Position numbers and translations under genes: made by a program
Shown: piece after piece, positions 26,704-36,386 of the stretch
How positions within the stretch are numbered: the stretch's first letter is position 1
Layout of the letters: each line of letters starts with the position of its first letter
The notes under the pieces: generated by a model
Database searches by the model: none
Seen by the model: only the letters and a program-made list of their open reading frames with translations
What the model was told of the DNA's origin: nothing
Origin: an uncultured Candidatus Saccharibacteria bacterium
GTDB lineage: Bacteria > Patescibacteriota > Minisyncoccia > Minisyncoccales > GWA2-38-27
DNA: 64,000 nt
Direction: 5' to 3'
Assembly (NCBI GenBank): GCA_964506305.1
Contig: CAZDKD010000001.1
Location: forward strand, 8,031 to 72,030

Positions 26704-26766
26704 ATCCTACCAAAAAATCACCCCTTGGGCAATTTTTTGATAGAATAGAAAAAACTAAAGAAAATT

Positions 26767-28464
26767 ATGACTCAACAAGAAGCATTAGATATATTAAAAC
26801 TAGGGCATAATATCTATTTAACGGGTCCGCCGGGAAGCGGGAAAACTTTTTTGTTAAATAAATATATTGATTATTTGAAAAAAAATCACAGAGGGGTGGC
26901 AATAACTGCCTCTACTGGAATTGCTGCCACCCATATGCAGGGAGTTACTATTCATTCTTGGTCAGGTATGGGCATTAAAGAAAAACTTACCGAGAGAGAT
27001 CTCGGAAAACTTCTGAAGAAATCTTATCTTAGGAAAAGATTTAGAAATACCGGGGTGCTTATTATTGATGAGATATCAATGCTTCATGCTTTTCAGTTTG
27101 ATTTAATAAATTTTATCTGTCAGGCATTTAAAAATAGCGCAAAGCCTTTTGGCGGAATGCAGGTGGTATGTTCGGGTGATTTTTTCCAGCTTCCTCCTGT
27201 GCAGAAAGGAGAAAAGCCGAAATTTGTCACCGAATCAAAGGCATGGGAAAATGTGAATATGAAAATATGTTATCTTGAAGAACAGTATCGTCAAGAGGAA
27301 AATGGCGCATTACTCACCTTGTTAAATCATATTCGAAATAATGAGATTAATGAGGCAAAGGAGTTATTAGCCGACATAGACAGCGAAGAAAAAGTATGTT
27401 CAACCAAGCTTTATACTCATAATGTGGATGTTGCAGCTATTAATAATTCTGAATTAGTCAAAATAGACGGGGAGGAGTTTGGGTATGATATGCGCTCCGA
27501 GGGCAATAAAGATATTGTGGTTATGCTCAAGAAGGGTTGTTTGGCGCCCGAAAAGTTGATTCTTAAAAAAAAGGCCAAAGTAATGTTTGTAAAAAATAAT
27601 TTCGATAAGGGCTATGTAAATGGCACTCTTGGCGAGGTAATTGGTTTTGATGTTGATGGGTTGCCTGTTATAAAAATTACTGGGGGCGAACATATTGTTG
27701 CCAGACCTGCAAGCTGGACTATTGAGGAAGATGATGTTGTTAAAGCTGAAATTAGTCAAATTCCTCTTCGTCTGGCCTGGGCCATAACGGTGCATAAAAG
27801 CCAGGGCATGAATCTTGATGCTGCTGAAATTAATCTTTCTAAATCATTTGTTGAAGGAATGGGGTACGTGGCCCTTTCCAGGCTGCGTTCGCTTGCAGGG
27901 TTGAAACTTATGGGAATAAATGAGTTAGCTCTTACGGTCAATCAAGAGGTTTCGGAGTTAGATAGGGTATTAAAACAGATGTCGCAGGAAGTGACTGAAT
28001 ATTTTAAAAAAATGAAAATATGGGAGAAAAATAAGAAACAAAGACAATTTTTAGATTTTCTCCCCAGAGTTGAACCCGGCAAAAGAGATAAAAAAGAAAA
28101 AAAGAGGCTTGGGCCAACTTATGAAGAGACCAAAATTCTAGTTCGTCAAAAGCTTCCGATTAAAGAAATTGCCGAACATAGATGTTTGAGCGAAGAAACT
28201 ATTATAAGCCATTTAGAGAAATTAAATGCTCGCAAAGAAGAAATTGATTTAGGATATTTACAATTACCGGAAGAACGTTTTAAGAAAATTAAGATGGTCT
28301 TTCAGCAAACCGGTGATTTTAAATTATCTCCGGTTAAACAGATACTTGGTAAAGATTTTTCTTTTCAAGAGATAAGATTAACTCGTTTATTTATAAAAAA
28401 AGATAAAGAAGTTGAAAAATTTGCTGAAAAGGAAGAAGTTTCACAATTAAAAAAATACAAATAA
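26767..28464 (+). CDS. PIF1-family helicase with C-terminal HTH
   Basis: TGPPGSGKT, IDEISM, GDFFQLPPV, LAWAITVHKSQG, YVALSR. Confidence 0.92.
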   Translation: MTQQEALDILKLGHNIYLTGPPGSGKTFLLNKYIDYLKKNHRGVAITASTGIAATHMQGVTIHSWSGMGIKEKLTERDLGKLLKKSYLRKRFRNTGVLIIDEISMLHAFQFDLINFICQAFKNSAKPFGGMQVVCSGDFFQLPPVQKGEKPKFVTESKAWENVNMKICYLEEQYRQEENGALLTLLNHIRNNEINEAKELLADIDSEEKVCSTKLYTHNVDVAAINNSELVKIDGEEFGYDMRSEGNKDIVVMLKKGCLAPEKLILKKKAKVMFVKNNFDKGYVNGTLGEVIGFDVDGLPVIKITGGEHIVARPASWTIEEDDVVKAEISQIPLRLAWAITVHKSQGMNLDAAEINLSKSFVEGMGYVALSRLRSLAGLKLMGINELALTVNQEVSELDRVLKQMSQEVTEYFKKMKIWEKNKKQRQFLDFLPRVEPGKRDKKEKKRLGPTYEETKILVRQKLPIKEIAEHRCLSEETIISHLEKLNARKEEIDLGYLQLPEERFKKIKMVFQQTGDFKLSPVKQILGKDFSFQEIRLTRLFIKKDKEVEKFAEKEEVSQLKKYK

Positions 28465-28497
28465 CGCAAAACTAAACTCGGTTTAGTTTTAAAATAT

Positions 28498-28833
28498 ATG
28501 AACTTTAAAACACTTTTTCTTGCTCATACTCCTGATGCAGAACCAGAAAAGCACAGGTGTGAGATTGAAACATCTAAATACAAGCTCTTTGTGGTATTGG
28601 TTGGAAATCAATCTCAAGCTCTTGAAGTATCTAAAAAGTTTGCTGAAGAAGAAGGAATTCATTCTATTCTTCTCTGTCCTGGATTTACTCACAAAGATAT
28701 TGCAGAGATATCAGAAGCAGTTGGAGAAAATGTTGGTGTTTCTGTAGCCAGAGGAGATGGCCCGAGTAATAAAATTGCTATGAGGGCGATGAGAAGAGCA
28801 GGCTGGTTTCCGGAAAAAAAGGAGAAGGAGTAA
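28498..28833 (+). CDS. DUF6506-like protein
   Basis: ILLCPGF, VARGDGP. Confidence 0.7.
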   Translation: MNFKTLFLAHTPDAEPEKHRCEIETSKYKLFVVLVGNQSQALEVSKKFAEEEGIHSILLCPGFTHKDIAEISEAVGENVGVSVARGDGPSNKIAMRAMRRAGWFPEKKEKE

Positions 28834-28938
28834 TTTTAGCCCCGCGTCAAGCGCAGGCAGGAGTACAGTATTGATGGAGGGTTGATAGACAACTTGTTGA
28901 CAACTTTAAATTTGGGAGATATAACAAAGTTGTCAACT

Positions 28939-29094
28939 AATGATTTTAAGGGTGTTAAAACCATCGGCCAGGCTTTTGCCGATGAAGTTTTTCGTGTTTG
29001 GCAGAATCACCACCAGAATATTGAGATTATTTATAAAAATGCCGACAAGAATGTTTTATTTATGATTAAAAAAGCCTTGAGTGTAAATAAGTGA
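28939..29094 (+). pseudogene. C-terminal fragment of STAS-like DUF4325 protein
   Basis: DFKGVKTIGQAFADEVFRVW..MIKKA preceded by inverted repeat 28896-28937. Confidence 0.6.
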
Positions 29095-29121
29095 ATAATT
29101 TAAATTTTAATGGAAAATTTC

Positions 29122-29457
29122 ATGAAAAATATTAAACTTCTACCAAAAACTAAATTAGGCAAATGGTCGGTTGGATTGATAATCGCTATGTTCTCATTAT
29201 TTTTTCTTGGCATGTCATTTTTTCTAAAAGTATATACATCTGTTTCAGCAGGAGAAACTATTTTAAAAGATATTGTTGCAAGGCCGTGTTTAGCGTTATC
29301 GATGCTTTCTGGCTTTGCTTCCGGTATCATTGCTTTTGTCACGGGGCTTACTGCGATTATAAGAAAAAAAGAAAGGTCTATTTTGGTGTTTATTTCAACA
29401 ATTATTGGTGCGTTGCTTATTTGGTTTCTTGCGGCACAAATAATGTCCCCGTGTTAA
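29122..29457 (+). CDS. Three-TM membrane protein, copy 2
   Basis: About 240 bp near-identical to the 25044 gene. Confidence 0.85.
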   Translation: MKNIKLLPKTKLGKWSVGLIIAMFSLFFLGMSFFLKVYTSVSAGETILKDIVARPCLALSMLSGFASGIIAFVTGLTAIIRKKERSILVFISTIIGALLIWFLAAQIMSPC

Positions 29458-29528
29458 ATTATTAACGCAAAACTAAACTCGGTTTAGTTTTAAGATTGAG
29501 AAGTCGTTGATGACTGTCGCCAAAATTT

Positions 29529-29765
29529 ATGGAAAGGAAAATTTGTAAATGGTATGAGGTTTGTCCAATGAAGAGATTTTACGAGGAAGAAAAATTAGAT
29601 AAAAAATGGGTTGAGAATTATTGTTTCCGTAATGGAGAGAATTGTAAGAGATTTGAAATGGAAGAAAAGGGAATTTCTCATCCAGATAATATGCTTCCTA
29701 ATGGCGAGATTGATGATAGTTTAAAACAATATGGGAACAATAAAAATATACTGCCAGAATTGTAG
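29529..29765 (+). CDS. Small Cys/His protein (CKWY..CP..HPDNM family)
   Basis: Paralog at 62403 next to UDG. Confidence 0.75.
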   Translation: MERKICKWYEVCPMKRFYEEEKLDKKWVENYCFRNGENCKRFEMEEKGISHPDNMLPNGEIDDSLKQYGNNKNILPEL

Positions 29766-29958
29766 AGCTCTTCTTTATAAATATCAAAAAGACAAACCGG
29801 GCCATTTGATTAAATGCTACAAGAATAAGATTTTAAAAGATTATACTGAAGAAAATTTAAAATGTCCCAAATGCGGACAGCGGTTTGCCAGAGAGGCACT
29901 GATTCACGGGAAACCGGCTAATAAAATTATTCAGGGTAAAGTTTTTGTAAAAAAATAA
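29731..29958 (+). CDS. Small zinc-ribbon protein
   Basis: CQNC..LIKC..CPKCG. Confidence 0.7.
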   Translation: MGTIKIYCQNCRALLYKYQKDKPGHLIKCYKNKILKDYTEENLKCPKCGQRFAREALIHGKPANKIIQGKVFVKK

Positions 29959-29960
29959 AA

Positions 29961-30347
29961 ATGGCGCAAAATAATAATCGGAGAAAGAAAAATATTTTTT
30001 TGAGTTTTCAGAATGCCCAGAGGGGGTTATGGAAAGTTCTTGTTCGAGAGCCGGCATTTAAATATATGGCAGCAGCGGCCCTGCTGGTTGTTGGAGCAAT
30101 GCTTTATTTCCCGACGAGCAGAACGGAAAAAGCCGTACTCTTAGTAACGATTTTTTCCGTGCTTGGATTAGAAATGATTAATTCCATTATGGAGCGTTTT
30201 CTGGACTTTTTGCAGCCAAGTTATGACCCGCGTGTTAAAATAATAAAAGACTTGCTTTCAGGTTTTGTATTCTTGGTTGTTTTAGGCACAGTGATTATTG
30301 GCATTCTTATTTTTTGGCCCTATCTAAAAACAGTTATCAATTTTTAA
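29961..30347 (+). CDS. Diacylglycerol/undecaprenol kinase family
   Basis: EMINSIME, IIKDL, three TM. Confidence 0.85.
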   Translation: MAQNNNRRKKNIFLSFQNAQRGLWKVLVREPAFKYMAAAALLVVGAMLYFPTSRTEKAVLLVTIFSVLGLEMINSIMERFLDFLQPSYDPRVKIIKDLLSGFVFLVVLGTVIIGILIFWPYLKTVINF

Positions 30348-30348
30348 A

Positions 30349-30408
30349 CCCCGTTAGAGATTATAAAGACAAAAAGAAAGCAAAAAGAGAGCGAATCTCT
30401 AACGGGGT
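30349..30408. repeat. Palindromic element ACCCCGTTAGAGATT...AATCTCTAACGGGG
   Basis: About 15-bp inverted arms. Confidence 0.7.
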
Positions 30409-30589
30409 AAAAATAGAATGGCTAAAAACAAAGCAATTTTAGCCCACCCCGCCCTGGCGGGGGGGGCAGGCAAAGATAGAAAAATCTCCCTTCGGGCAGT
30501 TTTTTTGTTGACAAATATGAATAATTAGTATATAATATAAGTAGTAGGTTAAAAGAATAAATAACGATTTTTCAATGAAAGGAGTGAAT

Positions 30590-30841
30590 ATGAATAGTCA
30601 AGATTTTAGGAATGCTTGGGAAGATTATGTTTTCTGTCACGATCAAAAAAAGAAAGAAGCCGCTTTATAACGAGTAGTAGGGCTCGCAACCACAATCAAC
30701 CAGTGGTTACTGATTCAGGAGTCTACTAAAAATAGAGACGATATCCAAAAAAAGGCTAAAGAACAACTGAGTAAGTTATTTTCTCAAAGAAAGATATCGC
30801 CATCTCTCCTTGCGAAGTTTGCAGAACAGACCGCTAAATAA
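30590..30841 (+). pseudogene. Cassette gene with one in-frame TAA
   Basis: Promoter TTGACA 30508, SD GAAAGGAG, stop at 30668-30670, frame continues to 30841, terminator follows. Confidence 0.65.
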
Positions 30842-31096
30842 AACAAAATTAAAGTCCACAGAGATTACTCCGTGGACTTTTTTATTGACACGAGCGAGGG
30901 AAAAATGAAAGTTTACTTTCATTTTAACCGAGCGACGTGTTAATATAGTAAGGAGGGTGTAGCCCTCCTCCTACTCTATTCCTCGGCGCGTATTCTCGCG
31001 CGTTATGCTGAGATGATGAAAAATCGCCCTTTGAGCGATTTTTTGGTAGAATGAAATATAAAGGTCATTAATTAAAATTAAGAAAGGAATTAAAAT

Positions 31097-31378
31097 ATGT
31101 TATCACAAATACCTATTAATCTTGAGAAAATAAAAAAAGAGGATTTAGATAAAGAGATATTAAGAATTGGAATGATAGCTGAATTGGATGCTGTTTCTCT
31201 TTACGAACAATTAGCCGCAATGACCGAGAACGAAACTTTTAAAAAAGTTCTTTTGGATATAGCCAAAGAAGAAAAAACTCACATGGGGGAATTCCAATCC
31301 TTATTACTTCAAATAGATTCGGAGCAAGCAAGCGAGTTGGAAGAAGGCAAAAAAGAAGTTGAAGAATTAACAAATTAA
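31097..31378 (+). CDS. Ferritin-like/rubrerythrin family protein
   Basis: AELDAVSLYEQ, DIAKEEKTHMGEF. Confidence 0.88.
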   Translation: MLSQIPINLEKIKKEDLDKEILRIGMIAELDAVSLYEQLAAMTENETFKKVLLDIAKEEKTHMGEFQSLLLQIDSEQASELEEGKKEVEELTN

Positions 31379-31442
31379 CGTAAGACTAAACTCGGTTTAG
31401 TTAAACTATGCCCTGCCGCCCTGGCGGCAGGGCAGGGTAAAG

Positions 31443-31871
31443 ATGAAATTTATGGAATGTCCATTTTGTAATATTAATAAAAAGAGAAATACAATTATTA
31501 AATATTATAAGAATGTTTTTGTTATGTTTAGCAATCCGAGATTGATGGAAGGGCATTTATTAGTTATTCCTAAAAGACATGTTGAGAAATTATCAGAATT
31601 AAACGAAGAGGAAAGAAAAGAGTTATTAGATGTTGTTGTAGAGTATGAGGAAAAGATATTAAAAAATATATCTCCCGGATGCGATATCGGGCAGCATTAT
31701 AGGCCCTTTTTAGAACAAAGCGAATTAAAAATTGACCATTTGCATATTCATTTACAACCTAGAAGACTTGAAGATGACTTGCATCGCAAATTACAGTTTT
31801 TTGGTAAAAATGTTTTTAAAAAATTAACAAAAGAGGAAATCGATAAAATTCTTTCAAAATTAGCTAAATAA
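31443..31871 (+). CDS. HIT family hydrolase
   Basis: CPFC, GHLLVIPKRH, HLHIH. Confidence 0.9.
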   Translation: MKFMECPFCNINKKRNTIIKYYKNVFVMFSNPRLMEGHLLVIPKRHVEKLSELNEEERKELLDVVVEYEEKILKNISPGCDIGQHYRPFLEQSELKIDHLHIHLQPRRLEDDLHRKLQFFGKNVFKKLTKEEIDKILSKLAK

Positions 31872-31982
31872 AAGAACTAGACAACCTTAGCTGAAAACAA
31901 AAGGTCGGACCCCAATGGTACCCCGCCAAGGCGGGGACTACGGGCCAAGGAAAATAATAATCAATTAAATTAATTTAAGAAT

Positions 31983-32783
31983 ATGACAACTACAATCTCA
32001 ATAATTTTAGGAATAATTATCTTTATTGTTTTGATTTCTATCAAGCAGATTAATCAGTATCAAAAAGGGGTAAAGTTTATGCTGGGCAAGTATATCGGTT
32101 TAATGAATCCCGGATGGAGGTTGGTTTTTCCCATTATTCAGTCCTATATGAAGGTGGATTTAAGAGTAAAAGCAGTAGATGTGCCAAGTCAGGAAGCAAT
32201 AACTGGGGATAATATTTCAGTGAGCGTTAATGCCGTTATTTACTATAAAGTGCGAAACGCTGATAAGGCAGTTTTAGAAGTAGAAAAGTTTAATTACGCT
32301 ATTTCTCAGTTGGCTCAGACAACAATGCGAAATGCTGTAGGCCAGGTAGATTTAGATGAACTTCTTTCCGCGAGAGATAGGGTCTCAGAAAACATAAGAA
32401 TTATTGTAGACAAAGCCACTGACCCTTGGGGAATTGAAGTTATCAATGTTGAGTTGAAAGATATAACCCTGCCCGAAGAAATGAAGAGAGTAATCGGCAA
32501 GCAAGCCGAAGCAGAAAGAGAAAAAAGAGCAATAATTATTAAAGCTCAGGGAGAGGTGATTGCTGCTGATAATATGGCCAAAGCCGCTAAAACTTTATCA
32601 GGATCAAGCGGAGCCCTGCATTTAAGGACTCTTCAGTCAGTTAACGATATAAGCTCTGACCAGTCAAATACCATTGTTTTTGCGATACCCCTGGAAGTTT
32701 TAAGGGCTTTTGAAGGATTTGGTAAGAAATTCCTGAAAGAAGACAAAAATGAGGAAGAGAATAAAGCTCAGCCTCAGCTCTGA
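31983..32783 (+). CDS. SPFH/stomatin family protein
   Basis: QLAQTTMR, TDPWGIEV, QAEAEREKRA. Confidence 0.93.
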   Translation: MTTTISIILGIIIFIVLISIKQINQYQKGVKFMLGKYIGLMNPGWRLVFPIIQSYMKVDLRVKAVDVPSQEAITGDNISVSVNAVIYYKVRNADKAVLEVEKFNYAISQLAQTTMRNAVGQVDLDELLSARDRVSENIRIIVDKATDPWGIEVINVELKDITLPEEMKRVIGKQAEAEREKRAIIIKAQGEVIAADNMAKAAKTLSGSSGALHLRTLQSVNDISSDQSNTIVFAIPLEVLRAFEGFGKKFLKEDKNEEENKAQPQL

Positions 32784-32818
32784 TTTTTAAAACCAAAGAA
32801 TTTTAGCTATTAAAATTT

Positions 32819-33340
32819 ATGGAAGTAGAATTAGAGAGAACTTTTTTATTAAAGAAAATACCAGAGGGGCTAGAGGATTGTAAATCTATTGAGATTTTTG
32901 ATATTTACATTCCTCGGTCAGTTCATCATCCCATTTTAAGAATTCGGAAAAGGGGAGAGGTTTTTGAGATGACTAAGAAAGCGCCAATAGAAAATGATTC
33001 TTCGGAGCAGGAAGAGCAAACCATTTCTTTATCAAAAGAAGAGTTTTCTGAGTTATCAACTCTTAGTGGTAAGAAATTAAGGAAAATCCGCTACTTTTAT
33101 CCTATAAACAACAGGACAGCGGAAATAGATATTCATTTAGATAATTTAGAGGGGCTTGCTACTGCAGATTTTGAGTTTAGTTCTTCTGAAGAAAAGTCAA
33201 ATTTCACAATGCCGGATTTCTGTTTAGCGGAAGTTACTCAGGAAGAGTTTGCGGCAGCTGGCTATTTGTCAGGAAAGAAATATGAGGATATTCAATCTTT
33301 TTTAGAAAAATATAATTACAAAAAGGTTAAATTAGAATAA
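32819..33340 (+). CDS. CYTH domain protein
   Basis: ELERTFL, LRIR, KIRY. Confidence 0.85.
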   Translation: MEVELERTFLLKKIPEGLEDCKSIEIFDIYIPRSVHHPILRIRKRGEVFEMTKKAPIENDSSEQEEQTISLSKEEFSELSTLSGKKLRKIRYFYPINNRTAEIDIHLDNLEGLATADFEFSSSEEKSNFTMPDFCLAEVTQEEFAAAGYLSGKKYEDIQSFLEKYNYKKVKLE

Positions 33341-33368
33341 ATAAAAATTAACTTAAGTTCATAGTACT

Positions 33369-34271
33369 ATGCACAACAAAGGCGCTTCTACTTTTTTAGT
33401 AATAACGATAGTGGTAATGACAGTCGTATTATTAGCTGTTCTTATTACTGGAGGAGTTATATATTATAAATATTATTATCAAGAAGCAGAGGAAAAAGAA
33501 GAAAAGGAAGAAGAGGAAGAAGAACTTTTTGAAATAATAGAAACAGGAGATATTCCTTATGAAGAAAAATATACTTTTAGCATAGAAACAGCTGAATTTA
33601 TAGTTTATCCCCCGAACTTTGACAGCTTTGAATTTGGCTATTTTGAGGCATATAATAAAGGCGAAAAGATTTATGCTTCAGAGCCGATATATATGATTAT
33701 GGATTTGTTTTCCTTCCGGTATAAAGAAAACAAATATATTGTTGTGAGTGATTATTCTGGCGGAGCCCATTGTTGTTCCGAAGCGTATGTTTTCTTATTA
33801 GACAAAGACAATGATCTAAAGCTTATAGAAACTTTGCCTTTAGGTAATACTAGTATTTCAGAGGATAGTTTGATTATGGAAGATGATGATTTGTACCTAG
33901 CGGTATTTGATGATAGATTCGCTTATTTCTATACATTTTATGCCAACTCCTATTTCTTTGTCCGTTACTTAAAAGTAGAAGACGACAAACTTATCTCCAG
34001 CAATGATGCATTTCAAGAAAGCTATCTTGAGGAAGCAGTAAGATGCGAGGGCGAGCTGGAAGAGCAATTGAAAACAGGAGAAGATGATTTTGAATTCTAT
34101 TCTCCTTTCTTAGTCTGTATCACGGTTAATTATATGCTTGCCGGACAGGAAGCTAAGGCCTGGCAGAAGTTTAATGAGTATTCCTCAGAAGTGCCGCTAA
34201 CATACTATGGGGGGGCAATAGATTTGGAAGAGTTTAAAAAAGGATTAGAAGATATGATGAGAAGCCTGTGA
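33369..34271 (+). CDS. Hypothetical membrane-anchored acidic protein
   Basis: N-terminal TM; YSGGAHCC. Confidence 0.7.
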   Translation: MHNKGASTFLVITIVVMTVVLLAVLITGGVIYYKYYYQEAEEKEEKEEEEEELFEIIETGDIPYEEKYTFSIETAEFIVYPPNFDSFEFGYFEAYNKGEKIYASEPIYMIMDLFSFRYKENKYIVVSDYSGGAHCCSEAYVFLLDKDNDLKLIETLPLGNTSISEDSLIMEDDDLYLAVFDDRFAYFYTFYANSYFFVRYLKVEDDKLISSNDAFQESYLEEAVRCEGELEEQLKTGEDDFEFYSPFLVCITVNYMLAGQEAKAWQKFNEYSSEVPLTYYGGAIDLEEFKKGLEDMMRSL

Positions 34272-34307
34272 ACAGAGGCATAAGTGCTTAGTTTTGAGTT
34301 AGGAATT

Positions 34308-34598
34308 ATGGAAAAATCTAAAAAATATTGGTCTGATAAGGTGACGAAATACAGCAACGCGCTTGATTTAGAACAAGGAGTTTTCACTTTTAAAAATCCG
34401 AAAAAGATTGCTTTGTCTTTAAAAAAATCTGCAGAAGAAAGTAATAGGCGAAAAGCAAAGCCGTTTCAATCTGCAATGTCTATGTTAAATTTTTACATTA
34501 ATCGCGCCGGCAAAAATTTACCTGAAAGCCAAAAGAAAATTTTAGAGCAGGCAAAAACAGAGCTTCGTAAAGTTTTTAATAAACCCACTCCGCCCTAG
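34308..34598 (+). CDS. DUF3175-like protein
   Basis: WSDKVT..ALDLE, SAMSMLNFYINRAGKNL. Confidence 0.85.
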   Translation: MEKSKKYWSDKVTKYSNALDLEQGVFTFKNPKKIALSLKKSAEESNRRKAKPFQSAMSMLNFYINRAGKNLPESQKKILEQAKTELRKVFNKPTPP

Positions 34599-34720
34599 CG
34601 GGGTGGGCAAGCAATTTCCGTCCGTTAAATCATTGACAGAACAAATAAAATATGTTATACTGAGATAGATAAAGGATAGTTCTTTAAAGCCAAAATTATT
34701 AGAAAGGAAGGGATAAAAGC

Positions 34721-35227
34721 ATGGATAAAAAAGATAAGATAATCAGTATAACAGCAACAACAATAGAGGATGATATAATCAGTGTTATAGAATCCGACTA
34801 CATTTACACTCTTAAAAGTTTCTATGAAGAATGGAGCGAAATGGCTGAAAAAGAAGGAGAAAGCCTATTCGCAGCGTTGTGTCCAGAGAAAGATGTAGAG
34901 AATATAGTTATTGCAGGAGGAATGGTTAAGGAAGTTTTCGAAAGAGTTGAAAGTAGAATGATTAAACGATTTAGAGTATTCTTTGATAGTTTTTTCAAGA
35001 AACTTATGGCTGAAGAAAAAGAGTCTTTCTGGGATGTTAGCAGAAGGTTTATAAGGTACTACCAAGAAGTTATCGAAAGGCTGGATTCCGGAGAAATTAA
35101 ATTAGGCACTCCTTATGGATTAGAGTACTTTATCCCAGATCCAGAGATGTGGGTATTTACTTCTTTCTATTTAGCTGCTTTAAAAGATGTATTCAAGCGA
35201 CTCGAGTTTGAGTACGAAGTAACTTAA
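34721..35227 (+). CDS. Hypothetical protein (autonomous cassette)
   Basis: TTGACA-17-TATACT, TAGTTCTTTAAA, SD, terminator 35254-35280. Confidence 0.7.
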   Translation: MDKKDKIISITATTIEDDIISVIESDYIYTLKSFYEEWSEMAEKEGESLFAALCPEKDVENIVIAGGMVKEVFERVESRMIKRFRVFFDSFFKKLMAEEKESFWDVSRRFIRYYQEVIERLDSGEIKLGTPYGLEYFIPDPEMWVFTSFYLAALKDVFKRLEFEYEVT

Positions 35228-35278
35228 CTTCAAAAAATACGACTAAACAAATAAAGCCCTGAAATAATTCAGGGCTTT

Positions 35279-36283
35279 TTATATTGAAAATTTCTTTAGT
35301 TTGATCAAGGCAATAATCGCAAAAGAGTGAGCCCATGCTAAGGGAGTGTTTTTGTTAGGGGTTCCGTTGCAAAACAGTTCAGTTATACAGTCATGCCTTA
35401 TTTGGTCAAGTCCTTTAGATAGCCACTTTTCTGCTTCTTTAATATTACCTCTTTGAAATTCTACTATGGAAAGCCAGAAAAACCCCAATGGCCATTCTCC
35501 AGAAATACCATTTTCCGATCTATAGTAGCTGTCATCTAAATATCTGTTTAATCCATGTTCTTGCACCAATTTTTCTGTTATTCTTGTGATAACAATATCA
35601 GATGTTTTTCTTGAAATAATGTTATATGGCCATATAAGAGATAATTGAGACATATTTACTTCTTGATCAGGTGATTCATTAGGAAGAATATTATTTAATG
35701 TTTTTCTCCCTGATTTTATCATCGATTTTGGCACAGTTAGATGTTTTTTTATATGGTAAAGACCAGCTAGAACTGCTCCAACAGACGATGAATGAAGATT
35801 TAGCTTTTCTTCCCACATTCCGTTGTCTGGTTTTTCCCAATACTTGACTGAAAGCAGGTAAAAAACCAAAATCTGGATCAGCTTTATATCTTTCTTCCTT
35901 ATGATTTTTATTCCTTGAAATTCGAAGAAGGCAGAGAGATAAAGAAGCAAGCCAATTACATCTAATTGATGATGTCCCCAATTTTTAGTTACCTCATTAA
36001 AAGTGTTGGCATTGACTTTTGCATGTATATATTGATCAGATTCGGTCGGCGCGATAGATACTGCTTTATCAATTTTCCAAAGGTATCTATGCAATATATC
36101 AAATGCTACATAAAAACCTTTTTTTAATTTAGGAATATCTCCTAAATAATAGTAACAAAGTGTACAGTAAAGATGATCTCTTAACCAGCAATCTCCATAT
36201 TCGTTGCTTGGAGCAGCAATAAAAGCATTGGATGGCATGCAGAGTTTTTCTAATTCATATAAGAGTTTTCTTATTAAGTTCAT
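35279..36283 (-). CDS. Glycoside hydrolase family 15
   Basis: WLRD, HHQLD, GMWEE, PLAWAH. Confidence 0.85.
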   Translation of the reverse strand: MNLIRKLLYELEKLCMPSNAFIAAPSNEYGDCWLRDHLYCTLCYYYLGDIPKLKKGFYVAFDILHRYLWKIDKAVSIAPTESDQYIHAKVNANTFNEVTKNWGHHQLDVIGLLLYLSAFFEFQGIKIIRKKDIKLIQILVFYLLSVKYWEKPDNGMWEEKLNLHSSSVGAVLAGLYHIKKHLTVPKSMIKSGRKTLNNILPNESPDQEVNMSQLSLIWPYNIISRKTSDIVITRITEKLVQEHGLNRYLDDSYYRSENGISGEWPLGFFWLSIVEFQRGNIKEAEKWLSKGLDQIRHDCITELFCNGTPNKNTPLAWAHSFAIIALIKLKKFSI

Positions 36284-36386
36284 TGTTTGATCCTTTCAAT
36301 TTTAAAAGAGCTTTTTTTTATATTATCCAGGGTTGTTATAAAAGTCAATTATTGAAAACTTGTAGCAGTAAGGGTAGAATGTAAAT

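Noticed and set aside
24066-31408. Canonical integron attC array
   Set aside because: Core palindrome too short, R and L boxes inconsistent, no integrase seen
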